From a virus (Duplodnaviria > Caudoviricetes): 60,523 nt of DNA. The stretch spans positions 1 through 60,523 of IMG/VR virus record IMGVR_UViG_3300020171_000030; one strand, written 5' to 3'. This document shows, piece by piece, positions 19,106-29,178 of the stretch (position 1 is the stretch's first letter; the number at the start of each line of letters is the position of its first letter). The notes beneath the pieces were generated by a model, which saw only the letters and a program-made list of their open reading frames with translations, was not told the DNA's origin and did no database searches. Position numbers and translations under genes: made by a program.

Positions 19106-19251
19106 GATTTTCCTAAAATTTTAAACATCTTTGTCCCGCAATCCGGGCATTTGCCCTTAATTGCATTGCGGCCATTTTTCATTGTTATTTCTTGTGCTTC
19201 TTTTATTTCTTTTGGCGCCTTGCATTTCATACAAAAACCTGTTTCAGACAT
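19102..19251 (-). CDS. Zn-ribbon protein (DUF5679-like, 49 aa; not in ORF track)
   Basis: MSETGFCMKCKAPKEIKEAQEITMKNGRNAIKGKCPDCGTKMFKILGKS; AGGAGGTG RBS. Confidence 0.75.
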   Translation of the reverse strand: MSETGFCMKCKAPKEIKEAQEITMKNGRNAIKGKCPDCGTKMFKILGKS

Positions 19252-19462
19252 AACTTTAATCACCTCCTTTTTTATCTAATAAATCCTTCTATTTGTTCTT
19301 CACAACTATCTTCAAAATCCTTTATAACTTTTATTGCTTCTTTAACTTTCTTTGCATCTTCTGGATTTTCACAGATGTCATCAGGGTCTAAATATCCACC
19401 ATCAGTTAAATCATACCAGAAATCACCTGTCGAATCTTCTAATCCTTTTTTAATCTTCATTA

Positions 19463-19696
19463 TTATTTTCCTTCCTTCTTTTCTTCTACCACTTCCGCTA
19501 TCTTCCAAACAACTTTACCATCTGGGTCTTTTAAACTAAGTTCGCCTTTAGCATACCGTTTGTCAGAAACGTAGTTGGCATTGATTTTATGCACGGCTAA
19601 AACTTTTGCGTTGAAAGTATCCCGGGCTGGGATTGCTTGGGTAGTGATTTGTTCGCCTAACTTTGCTTGTAAAACATACATACGCATTCTATTCAC
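19463..19696 (-). CDS. Hypothetical protein
   Basis: RBS AGGAGGTG; operonic. Confidence 0.55.
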   Translation of the reverse strand: MNRMRMYVLQAKLGEQITTQAIPARDTFNAKVLAVHKINANYVSDKRYAKGELSLKDPDGKVVWKIAEVVEEKKEGK

Positions 19697-20001
19697 CTCC
19701 TTTCATTTATTTTATTTATTATCTTCGCTATAAATTCATCTAACGTTTCTTTCCCTTGCCAATATACTAACGCCTCCCCACCGGCAAGTATAAAGTCCTG
19801 AAGGCAGTATGCCTGGTATTTAGTAAGAACGCCTTTTTTAGATTTTATCTCTATCAAGTAAGGAACGCCTTTAATTAAAAGAAAGAAATCTGCTGGACGT
19901 AGTGTGCAACCCGGGAAATCCGGTATCTTATAAACCCAGCAATTCGAATCTGCTTCTTTGATTTTCTTTTTAAATATTGAATATAATTTTCTCTCACTCA
20001 T
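19693..20001 (-). CDS. PD-(D/E)xK nuclease, VRR-NUC / Holliday-junction-resolvase-like
   Basis: E...PADF....IEIK....LT.YQ motif; adjacent to SNF2 helicase. Confidence 0.75.
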   Translation of the reverse strand: MSERKLYSIFKKKIKEADSNCWVYKIPDFPGCTLRPADFFLLIKGVPYLIEIKSKKGVLTKYQAYCLQDFILAGGEALVYWQGKETLDEFIAKIINKINERR

Positions 20002-20219
20002 GTAAATGCTTCCTTCTCGTTACCCAACTTTTTTTGCCGCTGCCTTTTCTGGTCTTTAAAAATCTCATTAGTGCTTTATGAATAAAAGGTAAAAAATCTT
20101 GAAAACACTCATTGCATAACCCATAAGGAGACATAAAAGGCCAGCCAGACCCAAATTCTTTTTTTCCACATTTACGGCAGATTTTATTTCCCATTATTGC
20201 TTCCTTTTTAATCTTTATT

Positions 20220-21830
20220 TTAGCCATTTCTACCTTTTAACATTTCAAGACATGCTTCAATTAAACTAATCTTTTTATTCAATGCTTTATAAATTATTTC
20301 ATCAATGCTATCTTTGGCTAATAAGTGAAAGTAAGTTACTTTGTTGTGTTGACCAATTCTGTGCTGCCGGTCATTAGCCTGAATATATTGTTCGGAAGAA
20401 TAAGATAAAGAATACCAGACAGCGTATGAACTTTGCTGGAAGTTAATTCCGCTTCCCCCGCTAAGAGGGTGTGCTATTAATAGGCGATATTTATTATTCT
20501 GGAAGTCTTCTATGCTTTTAATCTTTTCCTTTTGAGGCATATCACCATAAAGAATGCAGGCATTGTCTTTAAAAGTTTCTTTTAATTCTCTGACCTCCCA
20601 GTGATACTGCACCCAGATAATAACTTGCCTATCCGCAGGGATTTCTTCTAATAATTCTTTTAGTGCTTCTATTTTTGTATCGCTTATTTTTACAGGGATA
20701 CCTTCTGTATTTATAACGAAACCTCCGGTGATCTCTCGGAGTTTACAAATCTTCGCCAATTCATTCGCGGCTAAAGTAATGCTGTCTTTAAATTCCAATA
20801 TATTTTCTTTTTTCATCATATCATAAGCATTCTGTTGCACTTCATCCATATAGACATGCCTCGTTTCATAAACTTGTTCAGGCAAATCTAACGCATCTTC
20901 TTTTTTTAGGCTGAAGGCCTGTTTTGATATGTTTTCAATTATTGCTTCTTGAGCGCCTTTCATTGGTTTGTAAATATAGCCACCATAACCGCATGAAAAA
21001 AAGTATGTATTACGAAAACGAAAATAATTGTCAGTGCCTAATACTTCAGGATTTACAAAGGTCATCTGTCCAAAAAATTCCAATAATGAATTGGGGTTGG
21101 GGGTGCCACTCATTACGATCCGATGAGGTATTTTATCTTTATAATGCAGTATAGTCTTGGTAATAGCAGCTCGAGGCGACTTCATGACCGAACTTTCGTC
21201 AATAATTAAACACTTAATCTTATCTTCAATTTTGGATTTTTGAGAAAGTATTTTATAATGTGCATAATTTATTATATATACATCATACCCATTATTGATT
21301 TCTTTTAAGTTATGCCATAAAATAACCGCATTTAATTTAGACCATTTTTTTATTTCATTAACCCAGACAGACTCTAATGTAGAAAGCGGCGCAACTATCA
21401 TTGCCGGCACTTTCCAATATTCAATTAATTTTATTGCAATAAGACTCTTGCCTAAGCCAGGCTCAAGAAACAACGCATAACTTCCAAACATCGCAGCTAG
21501 GCTTATCGCCTTCTTTTGATGTTGATAACATATCGATAAATCAATTCCGTCTAGGTTGTCAACTAAGCAGGTATCGGATTTTATCTTATTGGCAAGGTTA
21601 ACTTTTCTATGGTATTCTTCTCTTTCGTCGCGGAGGTGGTCGTAGATAATTTTTGTTTCGTCAGAGTATTCAACTTTAAGATTATCAATAATATCAACAA
21701 GTTTGCGGAGCGGAAAGACCCAAGTGGAATTTGCTTTATTGAATTTATAATCGCCTATTGCTTTGACGAGTTCTTTCTCACTATATTGGCATTTACAGAT
21801 TGCCGAATCTGAATTTGTAGAAACTTGCAT
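20220..21830 (-). CDS. SNF2-family helicase
   Basis: HQ, LEPGLGKS, DESS, MSGTP, SGGSGINFQ, QANDRQHRIGQ motifs. Confidence 0.92.
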   Translation of the reverse strand: MQVSTNSDSAICKCQYSEKELVKAIGDYKFNKANSTWVFPLRKLVDIIDNLKVEYSDETKIIYDHLRDEREEYHRKVNLANKIKSDTCLVDNLDGIDLSICYQHQKKAISLAAMFGSYALFLEPGLGKSLIAIKLIEYWKVPAMIVAPLSTLESVWVNEIKKWSKLNAVILWHNLKEINNGYDVYIINYAHYKILSQKSKIEDKIKCLIIDESSVMKSPRAAITKTILHYKDKIPHRIVMSGTPNPNSLLEFFGQMTFVNPEVLGTDNYFRFRNTYFFSCGYGGYIYKPMKGAQEAIIENISKQAFSLKKEDALDLPEQVYETRHVYMDEVQQNAYDMMKKENILEFKDSITLAANELAKICKLREITGGFVINTEGIPVKISDTKIEALKELLEEIPADRQVIIWVQYHWEVRELKETFKDNACILYGDMPQKEKIKSIEDFQNNKYRLLIAHPLSGGSGINFQQSSYAVWYSLSYSSEQYIQANDRQHRIGQHNKVTYFHLLAKDSIDEIIYKALNKKISLIEACLEMLKGRNG

Positions 21831-21839
21831 AAGAACTCC

Positions 21840-21885
<46 letters not shown>

Positions 21886-22784
21886 GTTCTACTAGCTTTC
21901 CAACATACACTTCAGGAAAAATATATCCGCAATGAGTGCAACACTTATTTCCTCCTACAGAATAACTTACATTACTATATGCTTGCTCTGTATTACATAA
22001 AGGACATTTCAAATCTATTAACAGAATTACATCTCCTACTGTAAGCATTTATATCTCCTTTTTATAGTTGAGTAGTTTGCGTTGAGCAAAACCTTCGGGG
22101 AACCCCCGATGTGCTTCATCTTCTACCCTAATGCCTTGAGCCAACTCGACGCTCGGCACCTACTCTCAAAGTTACACCACTACTCATTTTCATTTATAAA
22201 CTCTTCTATTATATCAGACGGAAACCAATCTTCGCATTTCGGACACCAACCCCCTTCTTCATTGCTATAATTTTCGAGTGCCGTTAAACATCTTGGACAA
22301 ATCATTTTTTTCTTTCTAAATATCTTTTACTATGATACGCCATAAATTCTTTCCAGAGACCACTTTCAAATATAAATATCAAACCGTCTTTGCCTAATTG
22401 ATGTTGTTCATTAAGCAGCTCTTCAAGTGCGTCTAATCCTTTAATCATTTCTTCTTTGGTAGGCATTCTATTTTCTTTTATGTCCGAGCAGATAAAGGAG
22501 TCGGACCTTCATTTCCAGATTTCATATAGAATTCTCTGGCGTTCTACCGCATTTAAACTAATCTGCTCATAAATAAATTAGGGAGAGCCGCTAAACTGGA
22601 AAAATTTGCTCTCGGCTGTTCTAATTCTCTCCTTGCTTCTTGCGAAGCGGTAGGTAGAGATTGCGGAATAGAAACCGCACCGTTTTCAGCCACGCTACTA
22701 GCGCCCTTGAATATCATTGTGTTATACCGTTATGCTATACAAAGAATTAGATGCAAAATTAGATGCATTTACTCGACGATAATT

Positions 22785-22812
22785 AGTATAACACAAACCA
22801 ATTCCTTGTCAA
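22785..22812 (-). promoter_or_regulatory. Sigma70-type promoter with downstream direct repeat
   Basis: TTGACA-16bp-TATACT (extended TG); AATTAGATGCA twice at 22745-22767. Confidence 0.7.
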
Positions 22813-22832
22813 CTAGTTTCTTTCGTAACGGT

Positions 22833-23021
22833 TTATTTCTGGTCAAGCATTTCCGGATGTTCCATAGCTTGCCGAACTAACCAGCAAATAATCGCAGAAC
22901 GGGAATCGCAATTCTCCATATCTTTCTTGATCTTGCGGTCTAAGAACGCTATTTCTTCTTGATGTAGGCCGACAAGGACTTGCACCTTGCGTTCTTTCTT
23001 ATTCTTTCTATGCGCTACCAT
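22833..23021 (-). CDS. Ribbon-helix-helix-like regulator
   Basis: V.VGL...LD......SRSAII..LV pattern, 62 aa. Confidence 0.55.
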   Translation of the reverse strand: MVAHRKNKKERKVQVLVGLHQEEIAFLDRKIKKDMENCDSRSAIICWLVRQAMEHPEMLDQK

Positions 23022-23035
23022 TAAAACTCACCTCC

Positions 23036-23254
23036 TCATTCCTTATCCTGTTGCGCTACCGGAATATAATTAATTCCGTTTTTCCGCATTTCTGTAACTA
23101 AAGCGTCTGCCATCTTCCTTATCGCGTATTCATTTCCAAAAGGGCCGTGGATATGCGTATGACCTTTTGCGTCAAAGACAATAACTAAATGTTCAACTGC
23201 ATTATCAAAAAATGGATTATTGTCTTTATTATCACAATTAAATGGGCATCTCAT
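23036..23254 (-). CDS. Hypothetical protein
   Basis: Operonic ORF. Confidence 0.5.
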   Translation of the reverse strand: MRCPFNCDNKDNNPFFDNAVEHLVIVFDAKGHTHIHGPFGNEYAIRKMADALVTEMRKNGINYIPVAQQDKE

Positions 23255-23660
23255 TTTTAACTCCTCTCGTCGCCGCTTTATCCGCTAGATAAACTAACTG
23301 CCTTGGCACCCAGAAGATATGTAGTTTCGGCAGTTGAGCTTTTAATCCAAGAAAAGATTCATACAGCGGCTTTATGTTATCGTGTTTAACATTCCAAACT
23401 TCATTTGCCTGCTTGACAACAGTTTGAGAATCGCAGAAGATATAAACTTCCTGCGTTTTATCTCTCGTTAGTGCATATCTGATAGCACTAAGTAACGCTT
23501 CCCACTCCGCTTCCATATTGGTTTTTATACCGATATCTTGGTGAAAGCGATAGTTAGGATAGATAATTCGCGGGTTATTCGCTCTATCCCAGGCAATCAC
23601 TCCTATGGAAGCAGGTCCGGGATTGCCTTTACTTGAACCGTCGCAAAGAATGACTATCAT
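23238..23660 (-). CDS. Ribonuclease HI family protein
   Basis: DGSSKGNPGPASIG, TNMEAEW.AL, DSQ.VV.Q, ADK.A catalytic motifs. Confidence 0.9.
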   Translation of the reverse strand: MIVILCDGSSKGNPGPASIGVIAWDRANNPRIIYPNYRFHQDIGIKTNMEAEWEALLSAIRYALTRDKTQEVYIFCDSQTVVKQANEVWNVKHDNIKPLYESFLGLKAQLPKLHIFWVPRQLVYLADKAATRGVKNEMPI

Positions 23661-23772
23661 TTAATCTCCTTCTTCGGTATTTTCTTGTTTTTAAAAATCT
23701 CTTTGGCAGATAAACTTAATTTTGGATTTTTCTTTTTGTCCAAGAGATCCTTAATTGAAACACTGAAACATC

Positions 23773-25353
23773 TCATTTTATCATCTCCTTTGGCACCTTT
23801 CCTTTTGTACCTGAACCGAGTAATGTTGTTATTATTTCGTCTTTTTTATCTTTCCAGACCAAACTACCGACTTTAAGTTTCAGTTCTTTCGAGAGTTTCA
23901 TCAAACCGGCTTTGGTAAACTTCTCGAGATACTCTTTGGTTATCACGAATTGCTTTCCGATATTCAGGCTTGCCTCTTCTCCTAATTTCTCTAAAGTCTC
24001 TGTGGCATATTCATTGAGGTGGCTTAATGTAACTTCCTTGATTAACTCGATTAACTTTGAGTTGGTTAAGTTCTTTAACAGGTTGATATCTCGAGCCATA
24101 TAATTTTTAACAGGTTTATCTAATTTTAGGAACTCGGAGATACTATCACTATTGCTGTTCTCTAAATGAAATAACTGATGTAGCAATATACGGTTAATCT
24201 GAATATCTTTAGCGTTCTCTTTCAACCCTTTGATGAAGAAATCGCGTTTAAAAAAGTCAGTCCTATTCGCTTTCTGCCTGGTTTCATATTGGATAGAGGC
24301 ATCTTTCTCTGGATTTCCTGTTTTAGGCAATGAGGTAGCACGGCGTTCAACTGCTTTTGCTTTGCGTAACGACCTCTTGAAGCAATCAGCGTTTAAGCAT
24401 ACCGGTTTTACTTGGCCAGCAGGGCCGATGATAAATGCGAAAGTAGGGCAGGTTACATTACATTCCGTTGTAAACTTCTCTTTATCGAAACCTTGCGCTT
24501 CATATCCGGTAAAGTCAACTAACTCTTTCATCGCTTCATACTCTTTAGAACCATACGAAGGCTCATCTTTGACTACGATTACTTTTTTCCCGGACTTCTT
24601 TAACTCTGCTTCTTTAACTTTCTGAAACTCAGATATCTTTTTGAAATAACAATCAGCGTTTAAACATTTTCCGTCAAGAGAATTATCCCTGTCAAAGAGG
24701 TCTTTCATCAAAGAGCCGTTGAAAGCGCATTTAGTGCAATCTTTCTTGTCAAAACATGCAGACTCAATACGTTGCGAATAATGGCTAAGTTCCCCTTCCG
24801 CTCTGGTAGGTGAATATTTATACTTTTTAATGTCGTTAGCTAACGCTTTCTGAAATTTTGGAGACTGTATCCGCGTCAACACAAACCCGTGTTCTTCAGA
24901 GATTTCGCTTTTCTTAATCATCTCCTTTACTTCTTCGCATAGAGTAAGTAACGCTAATATCCTGCGGATCCTGTATTCCGGCTTTCCTGTGATTACCATT
25001 ATATCCTTGACTGTAAAATCGTCGCCTAATGCCTTATAAGCTAACGCTTCATCAATGGCATTCAAATCTTCCCTTTGCAGATTAGCAACTAACTGATATT
25101 CAATGCGGTCATCTTTTTCAATATCAATGGAGATAACCGGCACTTCTTTTAACTCCGCATATTTCGCGGCGTGAAATCTGCGATAGCCGTCAAGCAAGTC
25201 AAATTTTCCGCCATTTGCTCTGACTAATAACGGTTGCAATATCCCTTTTTCTTTGATAGATTCAATTAAACTGGATAAAGATTCTTTGGTAATATCTTTC
25301 CTGATATTCTCGCCAGTAGAAATCTGGTCTATTTTTATTGTCTGTAAGTTCAT
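23773..25353 (-). CDS. ParB/Spo0J-family protein with long C-terminal extension
   Basis: SIKEKGILQPLLVR, DGYRRF.AA, NLQREDLN..DEA, HTH; Cys-rich middle. Confidence 0.9.
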   Translation of the reverse strand: MNLQTIKIDQISTGENIRKDITKESLSSLIESIKEKGILQPLLVRANGGKFDLLDGYRRFHAAKYAELKEVPVISIDIEKDDRIEYQLVANLQREDLNAIDEALAYKALGDDFTVKDIMVITGKPEYRIRRILALLTLCEEVKEMIKKSEISEEHGFVLTRIQSPKFQKALANDIKKYKYSPTRAEGELSHYSQRIESACFDKKDCTKCAFNGSLMKDLFDRDNSLDGKCLNADCYFKKISEFQKVKEAELKKSGKKVIVVKDEPSYGSKEYEAMKELVDFTGYEAQGFDKEKFTTECNVTCPTFAFIIGPAGQVKPVCLNADCFKRSLRKAKAVERRATSLPKTGNPEKDASIQYETRQKANRTDFFKRDFFIKGLKENAKDIQINRILLHQLFHLENSNSDSISEFLKLDKPVKNYMARDINLLKNLTNSKLIELIKEVTLSHLNEYATETLEKLGEEASLNIGKQFVITKEYLEKFTKAGLMKLSKELKLKVGSLVWKDKKDEIITTLLGSGTKGKVPKEMIK

Positions 25354-25719
25354 TTTTACTTCTCCTTTTCAGTTATAGTTAATTTTATATCTCTACCACT
25401 TATTACTTTACAAAAATCTTGTTTGATGTAAATCTTAGTTGGATGGAAATCCGGAGGATTTTTTCTATCCTTCATCATAAAGGTATAAAAATTCTTTGTC
25501 TGTCCGGATAATTCAAAATCTGCTTCAAATAATGGCTTTTTCACTTATCTCACCTCCTTTATTTAAGTGTTATTTTCCAAGAAGATATCAATTACTTCAA
25601 TAAGTTTTTCTTTTTGAAAATAAATGGTAACTTCTTTTGTTTTTAGATAAACTACTTTACCGTCAAACTTTATCCCAATAGTTACTTTTTTATTCTCTGC
25701 CATAGTCTTTTATCTTCTT

Positions 25720-26001
25720 TTACGCTTCGAACTCAATATCAAAATCCTTGTTTACCGGCAGTATTGCGATAGTGTCAAATTTGAATCGCTGATACTTTTG
25801 TAAAGCGATTCGTTCTGGATATAATTCAAGCATTATCGCTAAAGCGAGTTGAGCGCAGCCGGAACCTAAATATCCATGACTGAAGCCATCCGGCGAGTGG
25901 TTATAAACTTTTTGACTTCTCTGTGGAGATAATTCTACTTCATCCATAAAATATCTTCTTGAGGCGGATTCGCCCCGTAATCGGTGCATCATCTTTATCA
26001 C
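25720..26001 (-). CDS. DUF6166-like protein
   Basis: NHSPDGF..GY.GSG.AQLALA motif. Confidence 0.65.
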   Translation of the reverse strand: MIKMMHRLRGESASRRYFMDEVELSPQRSQKVYNHSPDGFSHGYLGSGCAQLALAIMLELYPERIALQKYQRFKFDTIAILPVNKDFDIEFEA

Positions 26002-26005
26002 CTCC

Positions 26006-26446
26006 TTAATTGACTATATACTTTATTGCCTCATCTAAAACACTTCGGACTTTTTGTGTATTTTCTGCATACCACTTATTAAGCAGTTTATTTTTTTTGT
26101 ATTCAGGCGTAGTAACTACATAACCAATATCTATCTTTCTTCTCTCTTTGTTTCTGTAAAAGAAATGATAAGCGATGACTGATTTTGTCTTTGCATACTT
26201 TCTTATCCAATCTTTTACATACCCAGGCACATCTTTTAACAGCCAGTTTAAATCGTATTCCTGCAGATGACCTTTCGGATTTGTAAAGCCGTTGCATTCT
26301 GTTTCGTTATACGGCCTGATAAATCCGCTGTATTGAGTATCAGCAATGACATTTCCGGTAGAGATACAATTAGTCTGCCGGTTAAAAGTCTTGTGGTCGC
26401 TTTCAAATAACATTTTATTCCCATTTATCCACTTTATTTTCTTCAT
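26006..26446 (-). CDS. Hypothetical early protein
   Basis: ORF in early arm. Confidence 0.55.
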   Translation of the reverse strand: MKKIKWINGNKMLFESDHKTFNRQTNCISTGNVIADTQYSGFIRPYNETECNGFTNPKGHLQEYDLNWLLKDVPGYVKDWIRKYAKTKSVIAYHFFYRNKERRKIDIGYVVTTPEYKKNKLLNKWYAENTQKVRSVLDEAIKYIVN

Positions 26447-27162
26447 CTTTATTTCTCCTGAATATAATTATTGATCTCTTGATGAATTGTTTCAAAGTCA
26501 TTTAACTTTTCTAATTCATTAAGAAAATCTACACTAAATAAATCACAAGTTGATAAATCAAAAAAGGCTATTCCTGCCTCAATATCTTTCTTATTCTTTT
26601 CATACCAGATGTCTAGCAACTTCTTCTGCTTTGCATTTAGTCTTCGCATTTTTTCTTACCTCCTTCATAATTTTAAGCGCGAGATTTCTCGCCGCTTGTA
26701 AATCATAAATAGAAAATTGACTTGCGTTGCGGCCTTCTCTTTCAGTAGTTTCATAAGCTTCATATATATCCGGCGCTTCAATAGTTGATACACCATGAAA
26801 CTCTCCATAACAACTTTCAACTACGATATATTTACACATTTATACATCTCCTTGTATTTGTCGTAATTTTTCATTATATCTAAACATTCTTCCTCTGTAA
26901 GACCACTGAGTGCCATAACTGTTTTAACCGCAAACATATTAGTCTTACCACTCTGTCTAACATCTTCATAACTTTGAAACTTTTCTTTAGTAATCATTCT
27001 TTATCACCTCCTCTCAAGTATTTTAATATTGGCTTCAAAGCCAGTTCCGTGATTACGCCTCCACCATTGGAGAAACTCATAATCATTGCAGGTTTTCATA
27101 TCATAGTTCTTTTTCATTCTGTTCAAGACGCTTCTTTTGACAGTGTATTGCCTTTCCATTTC

Positions 27163-27438
27163 TTAATCACCTCCAAACCTTTCATTATCATAGATAATTC
27201 TCCGGCCAGATAATTTAAGTTCTTCTAACTTTGCATTGAGGTCGCCATCAAAATGTTCCATATAAGGTTGAACTCCAAACCCTAATACCACTTCAATCCC
27301 GCACTCCGGACACTTCCAGAGATCTGCAAACCAAAGTTTATAAATCTCAGTATTGTTGTGCATCATCTCTGCGACTATCACGCCGTTATGTTCTGGTTTT
27401 AATTCAACTTCGCATTTAGCGCATACGCTTTTTGGCAT
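27163..27438 (-). CDS. Zn-ribbon hypothetical protein
   Basis: CAKC...ADLWKCPECG. Confidence 0.6.
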   Translation of the reverse strand: MPKSVCAKCEVELKPEHNGVIVAEMMHNNTEIYKLWFADLWKCPECGIEVVLGFGVQPYMEHFDGDLNAKLEELKLSGRRIIYDNERFGGD

Positions 27439-27441
27439 TAT

Positions 27442-27720
27442 TCACCTCCTTTCTGCTTTTGCAACTGCTTGTTCAATCTTATGCATAGTTACACTAGGAA
27501 ACCACGGCTCTGCTCTATAACCTGAAAGCACACTGTATATTTCTTTACATACACTCAATAATTCTTCTCTTTGTAAATTAGCAAATATCTCTCCATAGTT
27601 GAAAAAAGAATCTATATCTTGTTCAGATAACCACTTTTCAAAATCATCTACCATAACATCTTTAGTTCCTATAAATTGTTCTGCATGCTTTTCCATTAGA
27701 AAATCTTCAAACTTCTGCAT
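27442..27720 (-). CDS. Hypothetical protein
   Basis: ORF in early arm with RBS. Confidence 0.55.
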   Translation of the reverse strand: MQKFEDFLMEKHAEQFIGTKDVMVDDFEKWLSEQDIDSFFNYGEIFANLQREELLSVCKEIYSVLSGYRAEPWFPSVTMHKIEQAVAKAERR

Positions 27721-27918
27721 TTATATCCTTTCCTTCCAATAAGTGCTTAATCTCATTTCATCATCTATTTTTGTTTTTTCTTCGAAGATAATTACCTGAA
27801 TTTTATACATAGATAACGGCATGCTTGACCGAGAGAATCTCCAGTTGAAATAATTAAGTATCATCTTCTTCAAACTTTCTTTAAATATTTCTCGCATATA
27901 ATTTCCTTTTTTATAAAG

Positions 27919-27999
27919 TGCCGGAGCTCTGAATCGAACAGAGTTACTTAACACTCATACGATTGAGTGAGTGCCTTTAACCAATTAGGCTACTCCGGC
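27919..27999 (-). tRNA. tRNA-like gene (Leu-like, atypical anticodon arm)
   Basis: Minus strand GCCGGAG-TA-GCCT AATTGGTTAA AGGC ... CTCTG TTCGATT CAGAG-CTCCGGC-A: perfect acceptor, D and T arms; irregular anticodon arm; no encoded CCA. Confidence 0.7.
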
Positions 28000-28170
28000 A
28001 GTTTTTTTAAAGATTATTCAACTATATCTTTCGGTCTTACTAAAACTTCATTATAACAACTGTTCGGCGGATCTATCTTGTTGATTATAATTTTGTAAAG
28101 AGTTTCTTTTTCGCCAATGATAATCTCTTTGACTCTGCCATGTATCATTACATCGGCGCCGACTTTAACC

Positions 28171-28605
28171 TCAATCATGTAAAATCTCCTTTTTTTTCGG
28201 TTCTATAAAAGCTACACCGGACAGATGCAACTTTTCGAGAACTGGTTTTATTTTTAACAAATACTCTTTTAATCCTGTAAGGTCTTTAATAGACTTATTT
28301 ACTAACGCCCTTATGAATAAGACCTTATCGCAAGTATGTTCATCGTATTGAAGTTCGCATCTTCTTGCGTTATTTTTATCACGCCAACCACAATTCGCGC
28401 CATCTTTTTCAGCATCTCTAATGGCTTGTTCGTTAAGCATTCCACAGTTATGATCTGAACAATGCCCAACATGTCTTGGAGTAATAGTATAAGGGTGTGG
28501 TTTGAAATTAACTGATTGTATATCTTCAAGTTTAAAATCTTTTGATTTTGGTGCTGGAAACTCTTTAAGTCTATCATCCATATTGCCCCCCTTTTTAATA
28601 TTCAC
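28171..28605 (-). CDS. Hypothetical early protein
   Basis: ORF in early arm. Confidence 0.55.
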   Translation of the reverse strand: MNIKKGGNMDDRLKEFPAPKSKDFKLEDIQSVNFKPHPYTITPRHVGHCSDHNCGMLNEQAIRDAEKDGANCGWRDKNNARRCELQYDEHTCDKVLFIRALVNKSIKDLTGLKEYLLKIKPVLEKLHLSGVAFIEPKKKEILHD

Positions 28606-28945
28606 TTGTTAAAAGTATTACTTTGTCAATGACATATAGCTTAAGATAATCCAGCGGAAAATCTGTATAGGGTATCCGCTGTTGCACTAATGCCTTTTTT
28701 CCGGTATCTTCACGCATTGTTATAACTGCGGCCCTCTTGTCTTCTTCTTCGTCTATGTTCAATTCCCAAAGTTGAAAAGGCACCTGATGATGTTTTGGCT
28801 GATAAGATGCAATAATATCCAAGAGCCAAAAACATTTGCCTTCAGTTGCAAGATAATGAACGCCGTCAGTAAGTTTTAGGCCGCAGAGATAACTGTAATA
28901 CTTTTCTGTGCCTGTAAACTGTTCTAAACTTTGCTCTGTTAACAT
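28595..28945 (-). CDS. DUF6876-like protein
   Basis: QFTGTE.YY, TDGV.YLA..G.CFWLLD.IASYQ, Q.IPYTDFPL, LL.SEY. Confidence 0.7.
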   Translation of the reverse strand: MLTEQSLEQFTGTEKYYSYLCGLKLTDGVHYLATEGKCFWLLDIIASYQPKHHQVPFQLWELNIDEEEDKRAAVITMREDTGKKALVQQRIPYTDFPLDYLKLYVIDKVILLTSEY

Positions 28946-29178
28946 GTTTCACCTCCTTTCAGCATAGAACTGGGTTAAAAGATAAATTTAATCTTGACTT
29001 AACCATATTCTCCCTGAACTTTTATGCGTCAAAACCGCTTTGTTTAATATGGCTCTCGCATATTATTACCGGCCCTAAGATAAAGTGCTGCAAGATAATT
29101 TGCGGTATCTTTTTATCATTTAATTCCTTACCGCAGATAATACATTGATTATTATCCGCTCTATTGCGTAAAGTTTTC

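Noticed and set aside
27721-27954. 77-aa ORF as listed
   Set aside because: Its 5' part overlaps the tRNA-like gene; a real gene would start further downstream (near MREIFK)
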